The notes under the pieces: generated by a model
Database searches by the model: none
What the model saw: only the letters and a program-made list of their open reading frames with translations
Told to the model about the DNA's origin: nothing
DNA from: an uncultured Clostridia bacterium
Lineage (GTDB): Bacteria > Bacillota > Clostridia > Christensenellales > UBA1242
Assembly (NCBI GenBank): GCA_944384425.1
Contig: CALWTI010000001.1
Coordinates: forward strand, 9-64,008
Direction: 5' to 3'
Length of the DNA stretch: 64,000 nt
Part shown: piece by piece, positions 19,601 through 25,754 of the stretch
How the letters are laid out: each line of letters starts with the position of its first letter
Position numbering within the stretch: position 1 is the stretch's first letter
Made by a program: the position numbers and the translations under genes

Positions 19601-22018
19601 ACCAAGTGTGTATGATGTTGTGATGCTATTAATGTAATCGTTTTGTGATGCTATGTTGGTGCTGACCAAAATTCTATTGTCTACACTTGACTCATATATT
19701 CCATCTTCTTGTATGTTCAAGTTGAAATCAAACACTGTTGCAGAGCCGTCATAAACTTCAATGCAATCAAAAGTTTGAGCGTCGTTATATAAGTTGACTT
19801 CGTATTCTCTAGGTGCATTGAATGCGTCATTGTCGTATACAACATAGAGTTTTATTCTGCGTTCACTCACTCCGTCCGAAAGTTCGCCAATATTCATTGA
19901 AAATGCAAATTGTGTGCCATCATTTTGTTGCGTTACAGAGTCAGTATAAATAAGAGATGTTTCTGAATTTGACTCTTCTATTTTTGCAACGACATAAATT
20001 TCATTGTTGTTCACTGCGTCCGCAAATATTTGTTGTTCATTTATTTGTTCGCTCTGTGTCGCTGATTGTGGCAAAGCAAGCTTAACAACAACTTCAAATG
20101 GAGCAGTTGTGTTTTGAACATATGCTATATCATTTGTTTCGTCATTTAATGTCAAGTTATCGTCGCTGAGTGCTGTTTGAATATGATTTTCAAGTCCATA
20201 AAGTGTTTTGTCAACATACAAATCAAGAGTGCTTATCGCATTAAGATTGTCTTGACTGTATTTTTGCACAATATATCTTTCTTGTTCATCAAGTTTTGGA
20301 TTACCTTTATAATCTGTTTGAATGGTCATAAACAGTATTTCAAAAGTTCTGCCATAAGCCTCAGTTGATTTTGGTTGAATTATACCTTCTTCAATTTCAT
20401 AAAGCGTAACTGTTTGTGCACCGAGTTGATAATCAACAGCTTCACCCTTTGTGTAAATTAAGTCACTCACTGAGTATTGCGAAGATTCCAAAACAAAGTA
20501 TTTAGGTGTTTTGTATAAATTTTGTTGTGGCACAACAGCTAGTGGTTTTACATCAAAAGATTTGAAAATTGGATTTTCACCGTCAATTATTGTAAGCGTT
20601 TCGCTGGTTTTTGACCAATAGATGCCTGCATCTGTAACTGCATTGGTAGAAAAATCTACTGTTAATGGTTCAATTTGTTCAAAGTTTTTACCAAAATATC
20701 TAATTTCGATGCGAATAGCATTTGCATCAACATATTTTGAAACTGCAAATTCCCACAAATAATCGTCAACACTTTGAGTGATTTTTGGGAAATAATATGT
20801 ATAAACTTGTCCGTCAATCTCAACTTGTCTTGTTTCGCCATAGCCATCATCTATCATAGAAACAATGTTATATGCACTGTTTTGATTGTTTACGGCATCA
20901 TAATAGCCATTACCAACTTTATATAAAAATCTTATTCCGACGTTTTTAAGTTCATTTTGAAGAGAAATTGACTCATCAAGACTTGAATAAAGTTTAATTC
21001 CAAGATTTGACTGTCTTGCAGACTGAGTCACATTTTTGTTTGCATAAAGGGTGTGCGTTGTATCAATATCGACATTATTCACAGTCCCTTCAAGACGCAT
21101 ACTATCAACTTCGACTTCAACAATGTTGAATGCTTTTACAGCTTTATGTGCCTGCAAAGATGTTTCTGAAGACTGTGTTGAAAGTTGTTCAAGTCTTGTA
21201 AGCACTGCCGAATATTTTGCTTCATCATCTAGGTTTTGCAAACCAAGAAGTATTCTCTCTTCAATTGGGGTTGACGAGAACACATATCCAACAATGGTGC
21301 TTGAACCTATGCGATTTGTTAAAAATGAATTTGTGTGCTCATTTTGAGTAATATTTTCATCGGTTGTTGACTGTGGCATAAAATATGTAGTTTTGTATTC
21401 CACTTCACCGTCTGAACCATCATGACTATATTTGTATGCACTGCGCTCTGGATAAAATTTCAAACTTGCATTCACAGTTGAACCAACTGCAAAAACGTCG
21501 CTATCTTCTTCCTGCGCGCTGACGCGTGTTTCAAGTGTAACGCTATAAACTGGGACATCGACATTGACCGTAGCATTAATTGGGTTGATTTTTTGATTTT
21601 GAGAAGTTGCAGTAATTACACTATGCCCACCTGTTATCCAATCTAGCCCACCACATTCATCATCATGAAGCGTTTTGTTAAGTGTGACATTAAAAGGCTC
21701 ACCTATTGTTGCAGTTTGAGGAATTGAAATAACTCCGTCACTAATTCTAACTTCACCATTTTTTTCAGTGTACAATTCACCATTTTGCAAACTTAATGTC
21801 AGTTGTGTAACGGTCACATCTTCTGTTGTTGTGGTAATTGTGATTGAAAAATCGCTATCGACATTATAGACATCTCTGTCAAAAGCAATGTTTTCAGGCA
21901 TAATACTTGGTTGGTTGAAATATCCGGCTATTGCCATAACACCGACGCCAATGCCAATCGCACCAATAAAGCACGCAAGTGATATTGCAAAAACTTTTAA
22001 AAATGTAGTAAATTTCAT
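10673..22018 (-). CDS. Giant protein A: 3,781-aa N-terminally membrane-anchored surface protein of unknown function
   Basis: 11.3-kb stop-free frame in AT-rich DNA. RBS GGGAG lies 7 nt before the ATG. The N-terminus MKFTTFLKVFAISLACFIGAIGIGVGVMAIAGYF is a long hydrophobic signal-anchor. The rest is N/S/T/V/D/Y-rich, Lys-poor and beta-strand-like. By eye there are no GLUG-like motifs, catalytic motifs or LPXTG. Confidence 0.9.
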   Translation of the reverse strand: MKFTTFLKVFAISLACFIGAIGIGVGVMAIAGYFNQPSIMPENIAFDRDVYNVDSDFSITITTTTEDVTVTQLTLSLQNGELYTEKNGEVRISDGVISIPQTATIGEPFNVTLNKTLHDDECGGLDWITGGHSVITATSQNQKINPINATVNVDVPVYSVTLETRVSAQEEDSDVFAVGSTVNASLKFYPERSAYKYSHDGSDGEVEYKTTYFMPQSTTDENITQNEHTNSFLTNRIGSSTIVGYVFSSTPIEERILLGLQNLDDEAKYSAVLTRLEQLSTQSSETSLQAHKAVKAFNIVEVEVDSMRLEGTVNNVDIDTTHTLYANKNVTQSARQSNLGIKLYSSLDESISLQNELKNVGIRFLYKVGNGYYDAVNNQNSAYNIVSMIDDGYGETRQVEIDGQVYTYYFPKITQSVDDYLWEFAVSKYVDANAIRIEIRYFGKNFEQIEPLTVDFSTNAVTDAGIYWSKTSETLTIIDGENPIFKSFDVKPLAVVPQQNLYKTPKYFVLESSQYSVSDLIYTKGEAVDYQLGAQTVTLYEIEEGIIQPKSTEAYGRTFEILFMTIQTDYKGNPKLDEQERYIVQKYSQDNLNAISTLDLYVDKTLYGLENHIQTALSDDNLTLNDETNDIAYVQNTTAPFEVVVKLALPQSATQSEQINEQQIFADAVNNNEIYVVAKIEESNSETSLIYTDSVTQQNDGTQFAFSMNIGELSDGVSERRIKLYVVYDNDAFNAPREYEVNLYNDAQTFDCIEVYDGSATVFDFNLNIQEDGIYESSVDNRILVSTNIASQNDYINSITTSYTLGGNDVSSMLFETDDLGEIDYSTLSVVLADKYGKLPISSQYTLESSNTSILTVSNGTFTFNGTGNVEVYLRDAKGAVKDTLYFTCVQEGYVSKVEQLQETPSAPYSKSMVSQEYSAEKLYDFAQQSIKVVGYAGSIVNFKSTTVGDANLLTYYYTSPSGSGYLTSLLNISLVNDQDATVLEDYVGFEGTTSNLSGLTILKDFGKPYSLQLRITVAPLGISQIVVLEIQSNITLALNSSGNDYQVEPISSVGNVPYLGAYADSLYKVSIQVHYLAGTGSEDFTLDQSAYSLFLYEYDENGDLSDKILLGNNANANANAYVASFKLSGDNEEIQNNAGVQRLDGSKDIYNYDVYIVFKSLTENNGYRRVMLAFEKNVSDAQINASVDASSQIYLYINPNVMTTQSSDEILLDVAYDTINGGSTRYYGSATLLGTVNAPLTINRIYNSNIEIDGIAFDIDYSQIGFRFVDENDSNNFAIQQKPATNEFVIYSLSNINNSKNVKLIVTYNGIDVLTSDGKTYEITLNVRPNITRNTDSTMWVLYGGEYYIKFVNGEQYTFDDILQAFTITHDQNSTAQITAQLNIESTNNIVVQGNIVTIQGVNDNIIAENSAVLALSSGDSIIFNIILLPFDLPYVIYPNQIQDQEYDLLDLLDIDWVMENGLYYTISEYNADGYNIFIDGQTQNYGLSSYLKGSILSVKNIDEQDLHSYARFDGDKLIVEPVGKETYVIIEAKLNRAVNSLIVPYLVKIEQMLDVNIYYPYVLGNSENQNISGSELYGNVQDVKYDMEYLSFDDKGSAKLNLLERFDNLTPNSQNGQRIVVGILVNGQFTPQVEPVPSSKLTFSISEVAYYFYGWFTAKNVSLYAQVTSDGVVTINRSGAQYVRVKVGMTTESGLTAYYYISAGEIPEFSFTQRTEMGVSSPDIEDINLKAGDEGLSLDGLYSLSMYLNQSGSLTSANELLCYYIVPTGVDGQSAHIDYDTMKLYADDTTENWNTNMVFYTKYGTLNVVTLFVLSNYSIKLIDDSVLTEASSGAYEIEVGNVLNIADTFQIVKDDTGETFSDFDNITAEIVTPNSAIQYVQETNSLKIGVVTEDTAVKIKIKFIFTDDTQSVTYNFDFSLTIKATLKVGTLNYQQISQNNMLPVENIQAGKTQDVDNILLSLFDYTGVDFDKWYQNVVDNNLGKLSVELITQNAYGDFKGSVVLDENNHYVVQLDISEVADETNLSFRVSYYNTVSGDDILVMNSYFNFTVTPNFKIVTNYPSPNDDLIAVAESYWFDSSANAQNVISLTEMADLAQGVRVEVQSENTEEAQSDDINYASHIYVRVGNGAEYVYANGEAVGNQYLNLNTEFSIQSSEHVSVYDGLNIQFGLYYALDGQTTFIPIGVYNVVVFNSVYQFTGYNYNTSVMTNSSNNPENIYIGSNDDILSKIKVTLAVPMGVDLSTTKYVKISAINGLSANSDYVALAQGSQGTNISFYVTLSGLTVSDMTGFVSSDMGVTWEIYELSDNGEYERVQTLDDVWNNLEISFDSRISLSYRTVTALSPSGDVPTTSFTTIDFFKTYGLLSGTDCTLVQSSETITQEQVISKSIYVNTRNGHAIADQTAGTAIGTYYVNYGFDIVFDKTSDIELSAGQNTSVLHNGAGYGNANYISLLNMKRGSDNTYYLPSDFSSTGLSLNITEKMSNSATNSEYQNLIKDGVGYLRYTAAESDAINYDYNFMAYGSPKETTVTVTLVLTVAYGAITKDYTFSFIVSHDYVNESLINSDRTINTSLNRNLIRDYNFIDYIVFAKWGSKSIIENSSIANYIYIEHKNENQNEPGNVAPMFNVTYDQGGEYVVKYEQSSQNYDLAFKFSDIKFGNKNVDITLTDPYGYKMTYYVTIVAQYNISYTTNTLTAFELDTVALIDKDTSVNEYNHTIPVTFVNRDSGDKMTLARFSANWTASFEYAGNNAITFDVLSTGANQSQVFYFQIGLLDYSVFADSDGRIYGDLTLSAKDDEGNEIEIKIPTVIRERYSLSTSDTPYVRDGVEFSLLDIIDVVDNSKNYTVGERSLKDSYTIYFDYTIFDNDGHEVKFTDVQNVLSLEVTATNLQNNQKISLTIPRSDNSEVYFSIDNFGITDISNYRFQITYSVTTYVYDEKGVNTSTSIVAGNQFTYSDGDRSVYYYLSNETSSAYKGESEASEFNYTYHDNAQETENKTYKIKINTSYIIADQTLSIGLREIENDSKLTVYFVNEAGEVQNVSLTANKNEVATYSLRELGVIQGSQKVSLYTNSSRTIIDGLSVSQWAQLKGISFAESTDSEDSDESTLIYNMVKYINDGSTFLTSTDGLNIKYAESSIQINVSYGFSNGVATKNVKNYTADIRITLKYVDVDSTLAYGSEQARNVVLDSYISGDDTVVELDTWAGTTIRPFELVAGYTSATSFVDSDNTTLSGNGGDFVYSINTAESSGSQYAKIDENGKITLYPGFNIESNYLMIDIAVKYGEKKDVSEYIDTVRLYFTDASATTYTITANVPRLPKVASKTENYFDVKTKDILQMLSISDEHSRVYTGKEITTRFPDIVVSLYETQQGENLGKIVDWDGVNSISIPNKYANSSIYMVVQLKGSDDVGVRLNNISFVDTRYGANSLVSSSIYECVSTEGADEIFKKLLPKIQLRNIYGNIDSGLDIFNLDSIEDSEKLINSDKVICLTTTNGILTTLTYTLGNNLSQTDNTALTKYGTITVYVYKNAEQINGEANLAMEPGESTINFVNSNVIDFSDIKVYGYNTITTLVDPEGEETQTNDFIFISKDDIGTQYPFTSGVSATIISTYVNGTQIDNMFNVTISTEGILLVSSGSLSGYDKKLISLTIEYGIDSNRKAFNCSFLYRNQEKGSAIDATTGEVVTYLSTRIDENYKNVFTLLSGMYGVNVDDIYVRVKSSDVTLKNNNGSYSLVLNSTNLSSNSISVDVEFYITVYDNLSGEEKQGAQDIVLYTNTLNITVQ

Positions 22019-22077
22019 AACTTTACTCCCACAACAAAACCGACTTTAAATTATTATTTACATTATTAGACAAAATA

Positions 22078-22106
22078 ATTATATAGTTTACGCCTATTTA
22101 AGTCAA
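22078..22106 (-). promoter_or_regulatory. Consensus sigma-A promoter of giant gene A
   Basis: Minus strand reads TTGACT-taaataggcgtaaacta(17)-TATAAT. The predicted leader is about 50 nt. Confidence 0.7.
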
Positions 22107-22337
22107 TCAAATTAAAATCAAAATATACTCGAAATAAAAAATATTTCAAAAAAATAATTATGAAAATAAAAAATAATTTATATAAATATTGAAAAAATAA
22201 AAAAAAATATAAAAAAATAAAAATAAAAAAACTTTTTTATTATAAATAAAAAAGTTATGCGTTTTTTGATTTTTAATATGTTTTTTTGATTTTTGTGTTA
22301 TATTTCAGAGCTGCTTCAATACTCAAAATATTGTATG

Positions 22338-22366
22338 TTGACAAAATGTGCTATTTGGTATATAAT
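22338..22366 (+). promoter_or_regulatory. Consensus sigma-A promoter of the 884-aa membrane protein gene
   Basis: TTGACA-aaatgtgctatttggta(17)-TATAAT, then AGGAGG (22384-22389) and the ATG at 22395. Confidence 0.75.
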
Positions 22367-22394
22367 TCATATAAACTTTAATAGGAGGTTTACC

Positions 22395-25049
22395 ATGTCA
22401 GATAGCAAGTCAGGTTTTTACATTAACATAAAATACAAAGACCATGTTGAAAGTCAGAATTTTAAAATGGAAAAAGGCGATGATGCAATTTGCCTTTATG
22501 AAAAAAATCAAGACAATGCAATTATGGTGGTTGAACCACTAAGTAAAACATTCTCTATTGACAATTCGTCACATAGATTTGACGCAATTTCAAAAAACGA
22601 TGTTATTATCTTTCGTGGTATTAAAAATGTCAGCGCTGAATATAACAGCGATTTTGTTGTTACAATTGACACCGAAAAAGGTAAACAAACATACAAAATT
22701 TCACACAACGCATTAAGCGTGAAAAATGGAAAAAGCTTTCAACCTGTTGTGAGTTTTGAACACCCACTTGATGTCACATTGCCAGAGAGTTTGCCATCTC
22801 AAATTCAAAACAACAGCATAAATATGTCAACATTCCCTGCCCAAATGACGCAAATGCTTATTGAAGCTTATGGATATAGTTATCTTAAACTTGAAAATGG
22901 TATGACAATATTAAAATCACCAGACGGAAAAATCATATTCCCTGATGGCTCAAAATTAGCAACCTCAACACTAACAGATATAGTTAAAGCGCCTAGTGGA
23001 CTTGTTTTGAGATTTTTACCAAGTATGGAGATGAAAAAAATGAAAGAAAATCGAGTTAAAAAAGGAATTAACATAACCGAGAAAGATGCCAACGCACTAA
23101 ATCAGTTTATGGGCAAAAATCAAAGTCTTGATGATATTCCTACCTTAACATCAGATTCTTCATATGTAAAAATTAAAAAATCTTCATCAGCTTCAAGACT
23201 TGGCAAAGACCAAAAGGAAAAGCAAAAAGACGAAGAACCTATTTATAATGTTGCCTTTAACGACAATAATGATAAAAAATATAACGTTGACATTGACCAA
23301 ATGAGCAAGGACAGCATTAATAAAGACACAGTAGACACTTATGAAAATTCAAGTCAAACCAATATCCTTGACAACATATCCACCACTAATGACAAAGTTG
23401 ACAGTAAAATAACCGACTATGTCACAACCGAAGGTGTGGACAGCAACGATGTTCTTAAAGATTCAGATTCAAGTTTGGGCATTCGTTCAAACGACGCTCA
23501 AAATCAAACAAATGACGAAACGCAAGAAGAACAAGCTAACCAAACCGAAGCTACTCAGCAAGATGCAGAATTAAAAAAACAAAATGATGACAACTCTGAT
23601 CCAGACAACAATGCTCCAGCATCTTCCTCAACAGAGCGTGCGCAAACACAACCAAAAGACAAAAAAGATGATGGCGTAGAAAATGGCAACATAAAGGCTA
23701 GCAGCGAGCAAACCCCTACCGACGAGCAGAATGCTCCCGCTCCAAGCGATAAGAGTGATAAGGACAAAAGTGATAAAGACAAGAAAGAAGCAATAAAGCA
23801 AAATGACGATAATCAAAAAAAGACCATGGACGAGAAAAAGTTTAATATGTTCCATAAAGGTTTAAGGCTGATTCTTTTGGTTGCCGCTGCCAACTTCTTT
23901 ATGGCAGGATTTATGCTCGCAAATCCTTTATTTGCCTTTCTTGCAATCGTGTGTATTACTGGTATGGCAGCTTCGGCATGGGCTCAAAATGCAAAATTCT
24001 TATTCAGTTCAGTATTTAGTATTTTCAAAGATATTCATGATTATTTCAAAGCTAAACACGCAATCAAAGAACTAACAAAGAAAGAAGAAAAGAAACTTAA
24101 CAAACTTTTAGAAAAACAATCAAATGGTCTTTCAAAACGCCAGCAGAAAAAACTTAACGCCTTAAAAGAAAAAGCAGAAATAGCAAAAACGAAGACTTTA
24201 AGCAAAAGAAAGACCAGAAAGATGAATAAATTGCTAAGTAAACAATCAGAGGGTCTTTCAAGACGCGAACAACGAAAACTTAACTCCTTATTGAAAGAAA
24301 AAGAAAAGATAACTTCTCTAAGCAAAAGAAAAACCAAAAAGATGAATATATTGGTAAATAAACAGGCCAATGGACTTTCAAAGCGTGAGCAAGACAAGCT
24401 TGAGATGTTACAAACAAGAAAAGAACATGACATGTCTTACACAGAATATAAACAATTTAAGAAAAACGATGCACCTTCTATGTTCTCACTAAATCAATAT
24501 AAAGCCACAGCACAAAAACAAGAAGATGCTTTCAGACTTGCAAAAGCGCAAAAGCTTGCAGAAATTGACAAAGAGATAATGTATCGCAATAAATACTTAG
24601 ATTTTGGCAAAAAAGCCATTCCAGAGCAAACACGAGAAGCAATCAAAGAAGACACCAAAAGGTTAATGGCATACAGAGAAAATGTTAACCAATTAGAAAA
24701 TATTTCTCAAACATCAAACAGAGAAAAAATTAGCAACATTGAAAAATCATTGATAGAAAAGCCAACCAATTGGCTTAATGAAGACCTAAATATTGACGAA
24801 ACATCATTTGAAAAAATGGCAGAGTCAATGGGCATTGAACAACCTTCTTTGGAGATTGACAACCAAACATTAAAGAAAAGCGAAGAAGAGCTTATTAGAC
24901 GCGTTGAACAGCTATCACAAAATGAAGAGCAATCACAAAACCAGCAAGAAGATAAGACTAGTGAAATCAATGATGCTCAGCAAAATGATGACGTTATAGA
25001 ACAAAATCTTCCACAAATTAATCACGACGATGAGACCCTGACACGCTAA
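22395..25049 (+). CDS. 884-aa membrane protein of unknown function: N-terminal globular domain, acidic disordered linker, TM hairpin, basic coiled-coil-like C-terminus with tandem repeats
   Basis: Start is set at the ATG at 22395 (AGGAGG RBS, promoter at 22338-22366). The track start at 22293 is a TTG upstream of that promoter. There is no signal peptide. A low-complexity D/N/Q/S/K region spans about 23180-23840. Two hydrophobic helices span 23862-23984. K/R/E/L-rich repeats span 24072-24437. Confidence 0.85.
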   Translation: MSDSKSGFYINIKYKDHVESQNFKMEKGDDAICLYEKNQDNAIMVVEPLSKTFSIDNSSHRFDAISKNDVIIFRGIKNVSAEYNSDFVVTIDTEKGKQTYKISHNALSVKNGKSFQPVVSFEHPLDVTLPESLPSQIQNNSINMSTFPAQMTQMLIEAYGYSYLKLENGMTILKSPDGKIIFPDGSKLATSTLTDIVKAPSGLVLRFLPSMEMKKMKENRVKKGINITEKDANALNQFMGKNQSLDDIPTLTSDSSYVKIKKSSSASRLGKDQKEKQKDEEPIYNVAFNDNNDKKYNVDIDQMSKDSINKDTVDTYENSSQTNILDNISTTNDKVDSKITDYVTTEGVDSNDVLKDSDSSLGIRSNDAQNQTNDETQEEQANQTEATQQDAELKKQNDDNSDPDNNAPASSSTERAQTQPKDKKDDGVENGNIKASSEQTPTDEQNAPAPSDKSDKDKSDKDKKEAIKQNDDNQKKTMDEKKFNMFHKGLRLILLVAAANFFMAGFMLANPLFAFLAIVCITGMAASAWAQNAKFLFSSVFSIFKDIHDYFKAKHAIKELTKKEEKKLNKLLEKQSNGLSKRQQKKLNALKEKAEIAKTKTLSKRKTRKMNKLLSKQSEGLSRREQRKLNSLLKEKEKITSLSKRKTKKMNILVNKQANGLSKREQDKLEMLQTRKEHDMSYTEYKQFKKNDAPSMFSLNQYKATAQKQEDAFRLAKAQKLAEIDKEIMYRNKYLDFGKKAIPEQTREAIKEDTKRLMAYRENVNQLENISQTSNREKISNIEKSLIEKPTNWLNEDLNIDETSFEKMAESMGIEQPSLEIDNQTLKKSEEELIRRVEQLSQNEEQSQNQQEDKTSEINDAQQNDDVIEQNLPQINHDDETLTR
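24072..24437 (+). repeat. In-frame tandem repeat, 3 units of 126/120/120 bp (each unit made of two LSKRxxxKLNxLL half-units)
   Basis: Unit 1: LTKKEEKKLNKLLEKQSNGLSKRQQKKLNALKEKAEIAKTKT. Unit 2: LSKRKTRKMNKLLSKQSEGLSRREQRKLNSLLKEKEKITS. Unit 3: LSKRKTKKMNILVNKQANGLSKREQDKLEMLQTRKEHDM. Unit starts are at 24072, 24198 and 24318. Confidence 0.85.
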
Positions 25050-25080
25050 CAAAATCTTCTTTCTATCGTTTAAAATGTCT

Positions 25081-25120
25081 ACAAAAAACAGTCGTTTTAA
25101 TCAAACGACTGTTTTTTATT
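25081..25120. terminator. Bidirectional rho-independent terminator between convergent genes
   Basis: 13-bp stem aaaacagtcgttt/aaacgactgtttt with a 5-nt loop, an A-run on the left and a T-run on the right. Confidence 0.75.
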
Positions 25121-25121
25121 T

Positions 25122-25697
25122 TTATTTTTTATCAAATCTTTTTTGCTCTAATTTTTCGTGTTTTTTTATTATGCTTTCAATTTTTTTCAGTGTCTTGTTT
25201 AAATTCAAGTTTTCAATGACATAGTCATAGTTTTTGGCATAACTAAGTTCAAATTCCATTCTTGAAATTCTTAGGTCAATGTCGTGGTCACCACGCGCTT
25301 TTAAGCGTTTGATAAGTTCTTCTTTTGGAGCTGTCAGGAATATTGAAAGCACTTCAACTTTATTTTTAAGTGCACGCTTTAAATTTATTTGCCCCAAAAC
25401 TCCTATGTCTTTTATATAATGGCATTGTCTTTTTTTGACTTCATCAAGTGAACTTTTCAAAACTCCATAAAAGTTATTATGAATTTCCTCGTGCTCAAAC
25501 AGTTCACCATTTTTTATCTTATTTTCAAATTCTTCACGAGATACATAGATGTATGGGCTGAGCATATCCTCGTCGGTGTGTCTTGGCATACGCGTTGTGC
25601 AAGTCTTCATAAGTTTGATGTCTGGATTGTTATTTAGTATTTGAGTTATGATTGTATTTTTGCCCACCCCTGCTGAACCTGAAATAATAATTAGCAT
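25122..25697 (-). CDS. Guanylate kinase-like P-loop kinase (divergent paralogue)
   Basis: P-loop ISGSAGVGKNT, then TCTTRMPRHTDE..YIYVSREEFENKIKNGELFEHEEIHNNFYGV, collinear with Gmk TTRxxR..Y.F..eF motifs. The ATG at 25697 is preferred over the GTG at 25703. Confidence 0.55.
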   Translation of the reverse strand: MLIIISGSAGVGKNTIITQILNNNPDIKLMKTCTTRMPRHTDEDMLSPYIYVSREEFENKIKNGELFEHEEIHNNFYGVLKSSLDEVKKRQCHYIKDIGVLGQINLKRALKNKVEVLSIFLTAPKEELIKRLKARGDHDIDLRISRMEFELSYAKNYDYVIENLNLNKTLKKIESIIKKHEKLEQKRFDKK

Positions 25698-25754
25698 ACT
25701 CACCTCGTTATTAAGTGAGTATACAATATCATTAAAATATTGTCAACGGTATCT

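Noticed and set aside
22140-22260. Repetitive A-rich sequence that might look like an array or CRISPR-like repeat
   Set aside because: There are no conserved repeat units of 25-40 bp with unique spacers and no cas genes. This is low-complexity A-tract DNA.
22293-22394. Track-predicted 34-codon N-terminal extension of the 884-aa protein (TTG start)
   Set aside because: The extension contains the gene's own consensus promoter (22338-22366) and its AGGAGG RBS. The ATG at 22395 is the supported start.
23555-24433. Minus-strand ORFs of 75-130 aa (23555-23782, 23628-23855, 24041-24433) opposite the 884-aa gene
   Set aside because: They are antisense to a strongly supported gene with its own promoter and RBS. 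They arise from low-complexity K/E/S-rich coding sequence whose complement is also stop-poor.
5009-25120. Idea that everything downstream of the integrase (glmM to giant A and the 884-aa gene) is one large tRNA-Asn-borne genomic island
   Set aside because: The span contains core genes (glmM, the glmU-like gene, cls, tRNA-Thr). I saw no att-like repeat of the tRNA 3' end in the intergenic regions, and no other mobility genes or compositional change are visible.
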